A stretch of DNA of 64,000 nucleotides from Antedon mediterranea (taxonomy: Eukaryota; Animalia; Echinodermata). The notes under the pieces are model-generated. The model ran no database searches. It was not told the origin of the DNA and saw only the letters and a program-made list of their open reading frames with translations. Shown one piece after another: positions 1-13,300 of this stretch; the first letter of the stretch is position 1; every line of letters starts with the position of its first letter. Made by a program: the position numbers and the translations under genes. The stretch spans positions 5,540,101 to 5,604,100 of the forward strand of contig NC_092677.1 in NCBI RefSeq assembly GCF_964355755.1. Direction: 5' to 3'.

Positions 1-28
1 TATGCTCGTGTCGGAAGTTTTTTTTTAC

Positions 29-3000
29 CTGTATTTATTTTACAAAGCGCTGGTAATGTCTCTTGACTACAAGGTATGTCATCCGAGAATATATCAGTGT
101 TGCTGATGATAAGTTTGCGACAAAATTCGGTGAAGTCTGCAGACAGCAAAATTATTTTTAATAGCAATTAATATTTAGATTGCATTAATGTGACAAAAAA
201 AATATTTTAACATACAATAAATATTGTAATTTTGATTTGATGTCCAGTAACTAATAATTTATTTGATGTTTGCATAGTTAATAGCATTTTATATTTGGAT
301 TATATTAATGTGACAAAGAAAATAATTTAACATAACAGTACATATTGTAATTAGGATTTTATGTCCAGCAACTGATAATGTATGTGATGGTTGCATAATG
401 GTTTTAACCGAATACATACCTGAATATTGGATTGAAATAGTAAAGAAATCGGCTTCTTTGATGTTTTCAGCTGCAAAAATAAAATATCGAAATTACACTG
501 TATCCTATTGAGATGACAAAATTATAATTGATGCTTGGACTCGAAGTGATTTTAAACTCGTAATTCGTATTGCGGCAGGCCGAAATAAATGTTTAGGCTG
601 AAATTACTAGATGCTATGGGCCTCTTAACGAAGGGCTGTTAGTAGAATTTCTAGAACATCAGTTTAGAAAACCGATCAAGTACTGTGATATACGAAATAC
701 CATATGTAAACAGGTACAATATCTATACCTGATATGTTTTTATCTTGTATAAATATGTTTTTAAATAAATCAATATAAATATTGTCCCTACCACATCCTA
801 CCATTGTACTCGTGAACATGGTGAGTAAAAAGACAACAATAAAAATATGCTAGCCTCCTGGAGCCAACAAATGGTGCCTCGTGAATAGGGGTTGGATGTA
901 GAGTTTTCTCTCTTTTTTTTCTCGTGAAAGTGTGCCAATGACGGCGATTCGGCTTAATATTCACAAAGAACAACATTGGAAAAAGAGAGAAACAGTAAAG
1001 AGATTCTCGCTTTTCACTGGGAAACTTACAGAATATCATGATTTCACAGATGGTAAGATAAGTGTTAAGTATTTCCACCGACACATATTGGCCACGTATA
1101 GCAGGGAATTCTAGATCAATTTGAGGTCCATTTGCAACTTGCTCAGATGTGACTACTGTCCACACTGCGTTTAAGGTATGGGTCGCGTTTAATCCAACAC
1201 GAATAACTGCTCCAACCATCCGCTGTTCACAACAATCTACCAGATACAATCGGGATAAAATTACTTTACGGATACATTTATCAAAATAGGCCTACTTGTC
1301 AGTGTTTTATTTAAGGAAAGTCGCTGCAACCTGTCAGTGTAACAAGCGCCTTTGAGATTTAACGTCACCAATATAGATTTTCTTTAAACGGGTATGGTAT
1401 GTTGGTAAGCCAACTGGATAGCAGAAGCTCATAAATCAAAAGATCAATTAAACCCACTATTAGTTACTAATGTGTCATACATTGGCCTACTGGGTGATTG
1501 GTTCGCCGCCAATATATAATTCTTACCTCCTCTGTTATAAATTGTTATTGCCGTTACACGATATACCTCTTCTAAGTCAATTTTCCACCATTGACTTCCT
1601 AAAAACAAATTGGATAGACGCTAATAATTAAACAAATCGAAAGTAATACACACACTGTATAACTATTCGATGATGTTATAAAAACTTGGCATAATGTTCG
1701 AAAAGAATGGGATTGTCTCCCGGTGTCACAAAATAAACATGAATATTCATTAGTCATATCAATAAGGTGTGCAGGCCCGTAGCCAGAATGCATCAGAGGG
1801 GGCTTTTCTTGACACCAAGTATTTTGCGAGCGCAGTGAGCAACTGTAGGCTGGTGGCCAGGGGGCCGCCAAGGGCCCCCGGTCGGGCTCTCAGAGCAATT
1901 TCGGTTGTTTTAATAAGCTTACAGAGACATTTTTTACCTACTAAAATCTGAGTTATGCAGAGAAATTATATAGTACAGTATTATGGAAGTTAGTAGTACT
2001 GATCATGAAATACAGCTTTATTGTTGCAAAAAAGTATATTATATTAGGCCCTTAAATAATTTCTTATCCTATAAACATAAAAAACAAATAGTACCGTATA
2101 TTTCGGTGTACAAGTCGCACCTGTGTATAAGACGCACCCATAAAACGGAGACTGAAATATTAGTATTTTTTATGTAGTCGATGCATAAGACGCACTTATT
2201 TCTAGGCCGAAATTTTAACATTTTACAATCAAAACAATGGTATTTTAATAATAAAACAACGATATTTGAGACATATTTATTAGAATCAAATGATATAATT
2301 TTGTTTGATTGCCTTTATTACATCGTAATCAGTCTCTACTTCAACTGAACGTTCAATGAAAAGGGAAATCCCCATATTGTTTCAGTTACGATGCACTGTG
2401 TGGGTAGGGCTAGCCTATGTCTATTTAAGTAACTTTAATTTCATATTATTTAAATATATACCTTCTTATTGTGTGTATGACCATTATAAAATCAATCCAA
2501 ATGATGTTCAGTTTTTTGGGCTGATAATGAACCAGTAATATCATGTTGGGTAGGCCTATATGAAAATCTTTCCTATTTCCATGCATGCATTACTGCAATA
2601 TGAGGAGAGGAGAGCACTAACCATGTGCTCCTTGCCTGGTGGCCAGCACTGTTGGCCATATACACTATGAGATTAGGGGAAGCTACTTAACACAATAACA
2701 ACACACTCTTTTAGATATCGCTTGACATACGAACTATTGCCTACATGATTATAAAATTATGTGATTGTTGACATAGAGATGTAATAAAAATAAACCACCG
2801 TGATCAAGGGAAATAGTTATTGTGTAATTAAAATGTGACACCACCGTAATTAATGGACTCTTCCATAAATGTGTTGCGCTGTGATGATGCTGCATGCTGC
2901 TAGAATACACACCCGCGAGTTCAGAGAGTATTACTAGGCCTGGGTAGAATATCTAATGCGTACTGTAATATTAATTAATACAGTTGAGGATGACAATTTA

Positions 3001-6000
3001 CCTTAACTAAAAATTCAATAAACTTGTTACCACACTGTGGTTAGACAGGAGTGAATAACTAGCTAGGCCTACATTGCAGAGTAGTACACTATTTTTAATT
3101 AATTTAAATATTAGTAGGTAATTAAATTAATTAGGGTAACATTTAGAGGTCAAATTTGCGTGTCAAAAGTGCGTCTTATACACCGAAATATACGGTAGGC
3201 CTACGTACACGTACCAATTTAACTCAGCACCATTTTTATTCAAGTTTACACAGTGAAATTCTTTGGTTTAATGAAAAATATTTCCAGGAAAAAAATAAAA
3301 ATCCCCAAAAAGATTGAACTGAACTGAACGTGATCTTGTGCGTTCCGAAAAGCCCGGCCGAAGCACGCGATTGGTCAGTCCATTTTTCTGTCATATTTAT
3401 AATCATCATCTCTCAACAATCTCTCGATCTCACGCTCAGCAGTGACTTTGACATCGGATAATCTGTATATTCGATCGATTTAAACATAGTCAATAGAAGT
3501 AAAATGACTAAAAAATCTGATATAATTGATAATTAATTGCACGATTTTGGAAGTGGGGCCTTTGTTTTTCAAGGGGGGGGGGGGGGGGGGGTTCGCGCAA
3601 AAGGGCCTGGTGTGACGTAAGAATTAAGCTAACTACAATTCGCTAATGCAAACGATTTCTGTCGAGCCGTCTGTGTAGTCGAGTGGATAAGACTATGGAC
3701 TTTACATGTCGATGTATGGGGTTCGATTCCTATGAGTTATTTCTTTTACTTTATAGTGAGAGACAGATTATTAATAGGGTTAGGTTTAGTTATATTTAGG
3801 AAGTAGTTCGGCTATCTTTCACATGGGGTCCCCAACTTATGTACGAAAAAATAAAATCGCGATCAGGACCGTTCTCTGAGCCCTCTAAGAGAACAGTCTA
3901 CCGAAGAGGTCAGCCAGTATAAAGAAGAAATAAAATCATCTTCCCTGCCTTTTAAGAAGTGAAATTAATACTTCTATTGTTTAATGCATATCATTGATTA
4001 AAGGCAAAGTACTGGAAAATAACAAAGCTCTGGGCTGAGTCTCAATGGAAATACAAATATTAAAGAAAACAACTAAATCAAACAGTCAGACAGAAAGAAA
4101 GTGCAAAACTTCTGGAAAACACTTATCCTTCGTCAAGGATAAATGAGAGTACTTGGGGATAAATATAAAATAATTCATAATATCAATATTAATATGACTA
4201 ATCTTAGGGAACGTTTTTTGTTTCTAAATATTGGCCAGCATAACAAAATAATGTTTACCACCAGATTGTGTGTGCGTGCAACTACCTCCCGAAGAAAACG
4301 CTGTAGCCGTGTTTCCGTCTATAGCACGTTCAGCAGATGCACTATTAAGCTGACTTGACTGTGAAACTGGTTTTCCTTGTAAATCTATCTCGTTATCACC
4401 TGAAATTGGTTATAGCACGTATTTAAGAAAGGATGGAAGGGTAAATTATTATATTTTGTTCTTTTTTTCTCTCTCCTTGTGTTGTACGTTCAGCCCTTCA
4501 TGCCAATTACACATTATGTATGTAAACATTTTCATGTGATTTTCGAATAATGTAGTTACATAATTTGTTTATATTTTTTAGATGATATCTTAGAAACCAA
4601 TTATAGTAGTGAGAGTCCCAAATTTAGCTTCGAAGATATTTTTTTATGCTGAAGATGAGAGCTTATTATTAAAGGACCTCATTGGAATTAAAGGACCCCA
4701 TTGGAATTAAGCTGATTTTTCTTTCGACTTTATGGGCTATCCTTGGTTTCTTATGTTATGTATTTGCTTGTAAATTGTTTGTATTATATTGTCTTGTAAT
4801 ATTATGTTGAAACCGAATTAAAATCAAATCAAATCACTCAGTTGTGCCCCCTGCTGCCTCTCCTACTCATTGATAGTTGCTGAAATACGTTTTTGAGTGT
4901 TTTTTATTTGTAAAGGGTGTTAAACTCGACTAGAGATCTATTTTTAAAAACTATTTCCATACGTTGTTTTTGTTTTTATTTAACAAGTAGATAGTCTCCG
5001 AATACTGATATTCAGATGTGGAATTTCTGACTGTGTGGAATATTAGATTAAATTATGTTAATATCTATATTCTGGAACAAATATGTAATTAATTTTGTGT
5101 ATAATTACCATCTCCCCAAGCTTCCGAAGTGTCTGAAAGGCTGTACATGAAACACGGGTAGGCATCGCAGTCTTCCCAATCGCATCGTGCAGTATCACGT
5201 GTTCTTACAACAAACCATCCAGTGTCAACTTCACAGCCACCGTAGTATTTACTGATGAACCAACTTCTCTCTACCCATCTGTATACAAAATCAAACAAGG
5301 GCAACTATTGTTAAAAAAAGATTTAGTATTATGGCTTGTAAAATAGCATATGCTAGCAAACTTTACCAAATCTCTGTTTGCAAACTCCAAGTTTCCATAG
5401 TTTGAACAGGTTTTTAAAGATTACAATCCCTGTTACTGTAAGCTTTCACTTTGTCATACTGCCCATAACTGCCCACACAGACTGTCATTTGTTTCGTTAA
5501 GCTAACTATAAGTTTGTCAAGAAGGTGCATGACCTAACTTACAGTATGCAGATTAGTTTTCTGCAATTTGCCGAACTTTGTCAACTGGTCAACAAATTTT
5601 AGAAAAAGTTTATTGAAATGAAAAAGAAAATGCAGAGATGATTTTGAGGTACTCCGTAACGTGTGTATGCTGTTTTCTTGATTTCTTATGAAAGATCAGG
5701 TCGCTTTTGCCATAACGTCTATTTCAATATTAAGTTCTTATTGAAGAATAGACCCGTGTATGTAATGTGCGTAAAAGTGTCTTTTTGAATGCATTAGGGA
5801 GTGATGTTGAGTTGACACCAGTCTTTAATAGCGCGAAAAGCAAACCCAGCGGTCCAATTTATGACGCAAGTAATACATAGTTTTTTTTTGCTATAAAACA
5901 GTTTTTGTCGGTTATTTTTATCATATTCGTAATAAAAAAACTTATTACGTAGGAATAATCATAAAATAATCAAAGAACCTACGAATTGACGTAGTGACCT

Positions 6001-7302
6001 TCGACACTGAAATAGTTTGTTTCAGAATGTTGTAAGTCCGTCCAAGGAGAGCTTACTAAGTTTTGTTTCTGGAAAAAGCTCTTGTAATCTGAACCAACAC
6101 CATTAAATGTGAGTGCAGTTTGCCCTTTGTCGTCGTATAGGGCTACCTTTACCTAAAAGCAACAAATACCAATTAATTAACATAATTAAAACATCTATTA
6201 AACATTATTATTCTAGTAGATTTACATTATATGTAGCTTAATCGACGAATCTCAAAATCGGAAAAAAAAACCGCTGAATCGGAAAAACGGCGATATTGAC
6301 GAAGCACCGAAATCGAAAAAGCACTTAATCGGAAAAGAAGCGCCGAATCGGTAGTAAACGGCGAAATTGACGAAGCGCCGAATTTGAAAAACGGCTTAAT
6401 TGACAAAGCTCCAAATCGAAAAAAACAGCGAAATTGACGAAGCGCTGAATCGGAAAAACGACGAAATTAAGGCAGCACCGAAAGGAAAAATAGCGCTGCG
6501 ATCGAATAAGCAATGCAGTGATAACAGATCGTGTTTACTATACCTTTTTTATACCGATTGTATTCCAGTTTTGGAGCAAAGGGTTTACAAAACTTCGCCT
6601 ATGTGCTAGGTCTAAGCTCATTGCCTCGTATTCACCATCTCTATACCCTTCACTTGATTCGTAAAGCTCAGTAAAATTTGAAGTCACTTGAGAAACTGCC
6701 TTAAAAATGAGTTCCCATTCTGATGATTATACAAATAATGACGATTATATAAATAAATATATTAATATTATATAAAGTACAAAGTGAAACACAAAGTTAA
6801 CATTAAAAGTTACTCAATTATTGCGTTTACACAAACGTGTGTTGTTTTTAGGAGGCTTTTGATTTGCTACGACTGACGACGACCTAACTAGGTCAGGTAA
6901 ATCAATGTGTCGTCAGTCGTCGTCTGTACCTAGAAACCATCACAACTGTGTAGAGGTGTGGCAAGTGAAGAAACACGTCCAAATATCCCCGCATGCGCAA
7001 AATAAAATGTCTTAAATAGTTCGGTCTTCGTTTGTCGCAAATCGAAAATAATCGTAATTGGTTCTTGTTGCATTTTCCTCCTTTATTAGCATTATCAGGA
7101 TGATTACCTGAATAGTAGCTGGCCCATATAGCTGAAACATCTTGTGAAAAGAATTCTTCCACATAACTATCAATATTGTTTTCATATCCGTCGAGTAAAG
7201 CCCCTCCTAGCATGTCACAGCCGGCGAAGGCTTTCTCCCATGACATAGTATATCCCTGAAGATTACCATAAATTGTTTGATTAGACTTTATCCATTTTGA
7301 AT
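29..7302 (-). CDS. Gene A nested module copy 2: CTLD-N 7108-7302; unknown domain 6544-6719, 5983-6152, 5109-5278; F-type lectin 4259-4399, 1527-1598, 1030-1236; last strand 420-470; CTLD-C 29-136
   Basis: Same exon order and phases as copy 1; the F-type lectin carries H-X26-R-G-D-C-C-E-Q-R. Confidence 0.85.
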
Positions 7303-10300
7303 CTGTAAAAACAACAAAAGAAAATTCCTTTCATCTAATAACCTATATTTAACTGCTACGTCTGTATATAATTGTCAGCTTACAGATGTTGCTGCTTGTA
7401 AACGGAGACCAAGAGAAGTTTACAATCAATATGGCCACCAGATTAAAGTAACACATAGAATAATGGAGTACACGTTTTATCTGAGATTCTAATAATCTAT
7501 GAAACCGAAAGAAAGAAGAAAGTTGTATTATTAGTATTACAGCATGCAGTTTTGAAGTTAATTGGAAGTGAAACATGTTTGATACTTACAGTAGCATCCA
7601 ATGATCTCAAATCGCAAAGCTATGGCATTATGCCAAGAAACTGGGTGCAGGCGTACATATCGTGTAAGTGTAGCATTTGGAATTATATTGGTTACTGGAG
7701 TGTCAGCATCAGTATTGCCTTCAAACACCTGTGGTATGAAATATATATTTTTTTAAATACCTGTACTCTTATTCTTATATCAAACGGTACTGGAAGGACA
7801 TTTGAAAGAACAAATGAATATAAAAAGCTAAACAATGCAAATCATTGTTAGCAATTCAGTCGGAACAGACATCTCGAGTAATAGGAACGTAGGAAAAAAC
7901 CCGGCAGCATAACAAAACGTCAGATATGGCACAGTAGGAAAGCAGATATGGCAGATATGAAGATGGCAGATAAGAAGACGGCAGTTGTGGCACATACCTG
8001 TACGAAGACGACAGTTATTCCACATAGTACGGCAGATATTACACAAAGAAGACTGCAGATAATAAATAAGACAACATATTATATTGTACAGAATTAGACG
8101 ACATCTGCAGTTATGGCACATACGAAGACGGCATATATGGCACATAAGAACACTGCAGATAATAAGACAACATATATTGCACAGGATATGACGGTAGCCG
8201 CAGCTATGACACATACGCCAGATATGGCAGGTAAGAAGACGATAATAGGCAGCTTTCGAAACACACGACGCGGCGAATATCGAGACGCAACAGATCGTGA
8301 AATCCTACTGCCCATGCGGGAGCAAAGCCAATTTGTTCGGCCTGCTCATCGCGAGACGGGATTCGGCTGATTTGGCGTTGCCTGGAAGACGCGATTTGTT
8401 ATGGACCTTCTATGAGTATGTTTACAGTTTATATATCTATATAAGAGTACAGATACAATCTGTACTGATTTTATTTTATTTAGAAAGATATTTAAGAACT
8501 TCTGTGTGAAATTAGGCCTCGACCTAGGCCCTAGTAGGGAAATGCGGTTACATGACCGCATTTTCATAAATCGAAACAGCTTATAATTCGTGACGCGAAA
8601 GTCATGCAACGGTATTCATGGTTGACTGACTTCTGCGTCTCCCCCTCCCCGCGTCGCCACTTCGAAAGCTCACTAGTAATGCCACATAAGAAGACGTCAG
8701 ACATGGCGCTCATAAGAAGAAGGCAGATACATCACATAAGAAGACGTCCGATATGGCACATAAGACGAAAGTAATAGCACATAAGAATACGTCGGCACAG
8801 AAGAAAACGGCAGATAAGAAGACAGATATAGCACTTAAGAAGATGGTAAATACGTCACATAAAAAAAAAACAGCATACAGAAGACGACGTATATGGAACA
8901 GACGAAGACGTCAAGCACGATAGCATAACACATTATTGCCCAAACCTTTGAATTCCCTTCATTGTCTAAAATGGCGTCCCATTCGATTCCATTCATGCTG
9001 AACAAGATCTCAAACTCAGTAACCCATTTATTTCCGCCATGTTTTCCTTGGGTCACTACCCCAGTAATAACTTTAAGCCAGCCCAAATTGACTTGAATCC
9101 ATTGATTTGAGTTACTGTTTAGAGGCTGCCATCCTCCCTGTGCATTTTCTATTTGTTGTGAGTTCAGGCGCGCGCGATGCTGATTTGTCCCAAGTTGTTG
9201 AACAGAAGAAGCCTGTATGGAATAGTCTTGTATTTCGTAAGATTCCATTCCCATTGGTTCCTCACAAGTTATGACGTTAATAACTTGGTTTTCTGAAACT
9301 AAAACAGGCAAAAATAACTATAGCCAATATTTGTTATTGTTATGTACTTAGCAACAGGCGATATTTTACAAGCATATTTTTTAATCTTGTACAGATTAGG
9401 GTAAAGATTAAACATTGTCTTACTTTGTGTCGAGGTAGGTGGTAGACTTGTGGATTCTTCAGATGTAAGAGCTGCAATATGAAAACAGAGCAATGCAATA
9501 TCTATCGAAAATATTGAAATAACTGGCTAGTACCTAGTATCATGGAATTTAATCGCCTTAGAATCACAGTGCTTTAGGTTAAAGCCAACTTGGCCAGATA
9601 TTTGCGAGAATCGAACATTTCTTGGTCACAAAAGGTATATGAAAATATGAGTAAGCATGCGCATTAGCCAACACTTTCGATTCGGAGTTCTCACTAGGTT
9701 GTAATGCAGCTAAGGCAATAAATGTGTACATAATGTAAAATTTGCAAAATTGATAAACTTAAGAGGTGGATAATACTCTACCATTAGACGTCGTCGTGGT
9801 TTCTTCTGGAGGAAGTTGCGTAGTTTGAATTTGAGTTGATGACTCTTCAGTAGATGGGACTATGACTATGAAAGCAAATAAATAACATGCATTGCTTAAG
9901 AACGTTTATAGCGACTTTCTAACGACTTGGTTAGCTTAAGAATGTTGAACTACAATCTTAAAACGGAAAAACTCAGTCAATCCATCAGTCGATCGGTATT
10001 CACACAAAGTACAAATTACAGTTATTCGCTTTAGATAGTCTTACAATTTTGGCCCGTCTTTTTTCATTTGTTTAAAAGAACTACTACATAACCACAAATT
10101 GCCATTTTTGTCATTAAAAAATTACTATTAAATGAATTTAGTTCAGTCGTTTACAACAAGTTTTGTATCAGAACAATAATTTATAGTTGGTTATATTTTT
10201 CAAAACTGTTGAATGATAAAACTCTTACCACATGTCAAGTTATCAAACCCGATAACCATTTGTTCTGGGCATGTGCAGACCGCTTTTCCTGACTGAACAA

Positions 10301-13300
10301 TGCAAGTATGGCTACAGTAACCATTCAAAACGCTGCAGTCTTAAAGAAATAAAAAGCATCGACATATTATAATTAAAATAATAATAATTAATGTGATGTA
10401 CAATATTATTATAAGCAGAGCAGTAATATAGTGAAATTGAGTTTTTTTATTTATTTATCTACGATTGTAATTTTTGTTTATGCCATATAATAGTTACCTG
10501 CGTTTATTTTACAAATTGCTGGTAACATTTCTTGACTGCATGGTATGTCGTCAGAAAAAACTTCATAGTTGTCGCTGATTTTAAGTTTACGACAAAACTG
10601 CGTGTGATCTGATAAAAACGGTGTCGTATAGTAATGTATAAAGATAACGTATAGCGATGTAAGAAATTAATTTTAAAAACTAATTTTACTTATTGTTATC
10701 ACATTTTTGTGATCATTCAATTAAATTTCATTCTAATAACTAAATTGAAAACGGAGGAAGTATTGACGAAATTAAATAAGTATACATACCTGAATACTGT
10801 ATGGAAACAGTAAAGAAATCGGCTTTATGTTGAGGCGTAGCTGCACAAATAAATAGTAAATAGGCTAATTATTAATAGTTGAAACAAACTGCTATATTAT
10901 AAACATGTATTATTTGAGAGCTTAAGAGCATAACTTATACCAATGTTGTACGTAATGTTGGGAGGGTAAATCGATTGTTGGCACAGTTCCGTGGACACAG
11001 TCGTCAACTACTGTTGTTCCACCGTGTCATTTTGGGAGGGTACAAGATGCATCGATGGCACAGTTCCGTGGACACAGCCGTCAACTACTGTTGTTTCACC
11101 GTGTCATGTTGAGAGGGTAAAGAGATGCATCGATGCCACAGTTCTGTGGACACAACCGTCAACTAGTGTTGTTCCACCGTGTCATGTTGAGAGGGTAAAG
11201 AGATGCATCGATGCCACAGTTCTGTAGACACAACCGTCAACTACTGTTGTTCCACCGTGTCATGTTGAGAGGGTAAAGAGATGCATCGATGGCACAGTTC
11301 CGTGGACACAGCCGTCAACTACTGTTGTTCCACCGTTCCACACATTACACATTTATTGAGCTTAAGATTTAGCACATTAAAATAATATATCTTAACTGGA
11401 ATGAAAATAAAAATTACCTATTATTATAACTTCACACAAGGTAAGTATAGTGTTTTCTGTTGTTACAGACACATATTGGCCAGGTACATAAGGACATTGA
11501 ATGTCAATCTCTGGTTCATTTGTAACATGGTCAGATGTAACTGTCGAACATACTGTGTTCAAGTTATTGTCTTCGTTCATTCCGACACGAATAACTGCTC
11601 CAATCAACCGGTCTGAACAACAATCTGCAGGAAAAAATGTATTCAGAAGATGCTATTTCAAATCCGCCTAATTTTGCTGATGTTTTGTAAGATTACAAGG
11701 AGGATCAATATCTTCGACTGTGTAAGCCTTTGTGACGCTTGTGTATACATACTATTCTGCAGCTTCAAATACTTTTACCACTCGGAAAGCGCAGTGTCGT
11801 GGTGCGACGTGATATAATTTCTTAATAAATAGAAAATAACAGAATGTCCCTACTAAAAGTTGAACAAGTTTCAGTTATTTACCATCTCTGTTATATATTT
11901 TTACTGTTGTTATTACGTATTTGTCGTGCAAATCGATTTTCCACCAATTTTCACCAACTCCATCTGAATAAACAAAACAATTATGTACTATATGTAGTAA
12001 AGAAATGTTGTAAACCCATTATAAAAAAAGAGTGCTGACCACACTGAGTAAATTAACGGTAATTGGTTGACGTCGACTGAACGACTAAAGCCTTGTTCAC
12101 ACTGGACTTGAAAGTAAATTCAACCACCGTAGCTTTACCGAATGTCACCAGAAGATTTTACCATCGTTCGCACTTGCATATTTTTACGCAGTTAGTTGTC
12201 TTGGTTACTTTAGCCGGCGACTCGGTTAATTTTACCAATTGCGTCAAGTGCGACCGAGGCTTAAGTTTGAACTGGCCCATAATGTAAATTTTCATCTAAA
12301 AAGGTCGAAAATAAGATTAAAGGCATGTACCTGATGAGTACGTTTGTATTACCCTCTGTTATGTATACGTACCTGTAGCTGTACAACTTCCCTGGGTAAA
12401 CACGGTGTTGTGGTCACCATCTATAGCAAGATCAGGCACACCACCGAAGCTAACACTAGACTGTGACACTGTCTTTCCATTCAAATTTATCGTTTCACCT
12501 TCTGAAATTAATAATGTTATATTTGTATTTCGACTGGTATCTCCACGAGCTTCTCTACCTCTAATATGATTTTCTCGCACTGGTGGTCGAACTACTGTTT
12601 AACCGACCAGTGTTCGTAAATCCTGTTTTCCTGGAAGAATTTGAATTCGGGAGAGTAGTATATTTCAGGCTTTGTTTTATGGTATCGCCATGAAATGTTC
12701 TGTAGGCCTACTCTCATTAGGAGACGTGTTTAGGACCATCGAGTCGGTCCCGGAGTTGTTGTTGACATTGTCTATGTTTCTACATCACTTAAAGTAATAC
12801 TTATGCGTAATGATAGTCTAATCATACGATTGGAAATGTTTACAATATTTATTTTCAGAATTTTGATTTTTAAAAATCAATACATTAAATTTATAATAAT
12901 ACAAATACAAATCACTATACAGTGAAAAAAACCAATACAAATTCAGATACCGTCTTTCCAATTCTCAACAATGTCTGAGGTGCTGTATATAAAACATGGG
13001 AAAACGCCGCAATCCTCCCACGGACAGTATGAATAGTAGGGCTTAACGACAAACCAGCCTAGGTCGTCTTGACAATCTCCATACTGTTTGTTGATGAACC
13101 ACAGTCTTCCCATACCCCTGTACAGTACAAGTGGAATGAAAGGTCGTTTCAGTGTTCAGTGAACATCGCAAAAAAAATTAAATTTAAAAAAAAAAAAATT
13201 TAAGGCTGCTACACACTAGGACAATAGCAATAGACGATAAATTAATAGATAATCATATATTTTCTTACAAAAAAAAACAAAAGAAATTTATGAAAGTTTT

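Noticed and set aside
3664-3735. Functional tRNA gene
   Set aside because: A and B boxes are present but the acceptor and anticodon stems do not pair; same for 36277-36350 (SINE head).
10955-11336. CRISPR-like regular repeat
   Set aside because: Whole 78-bp units repeat with no unique spacers; eukaryotic intron; no cas genes.
12325-12360. CTGATGAG hammerhead-like core
   Set aside because: No stem II or GAAA partner follows.
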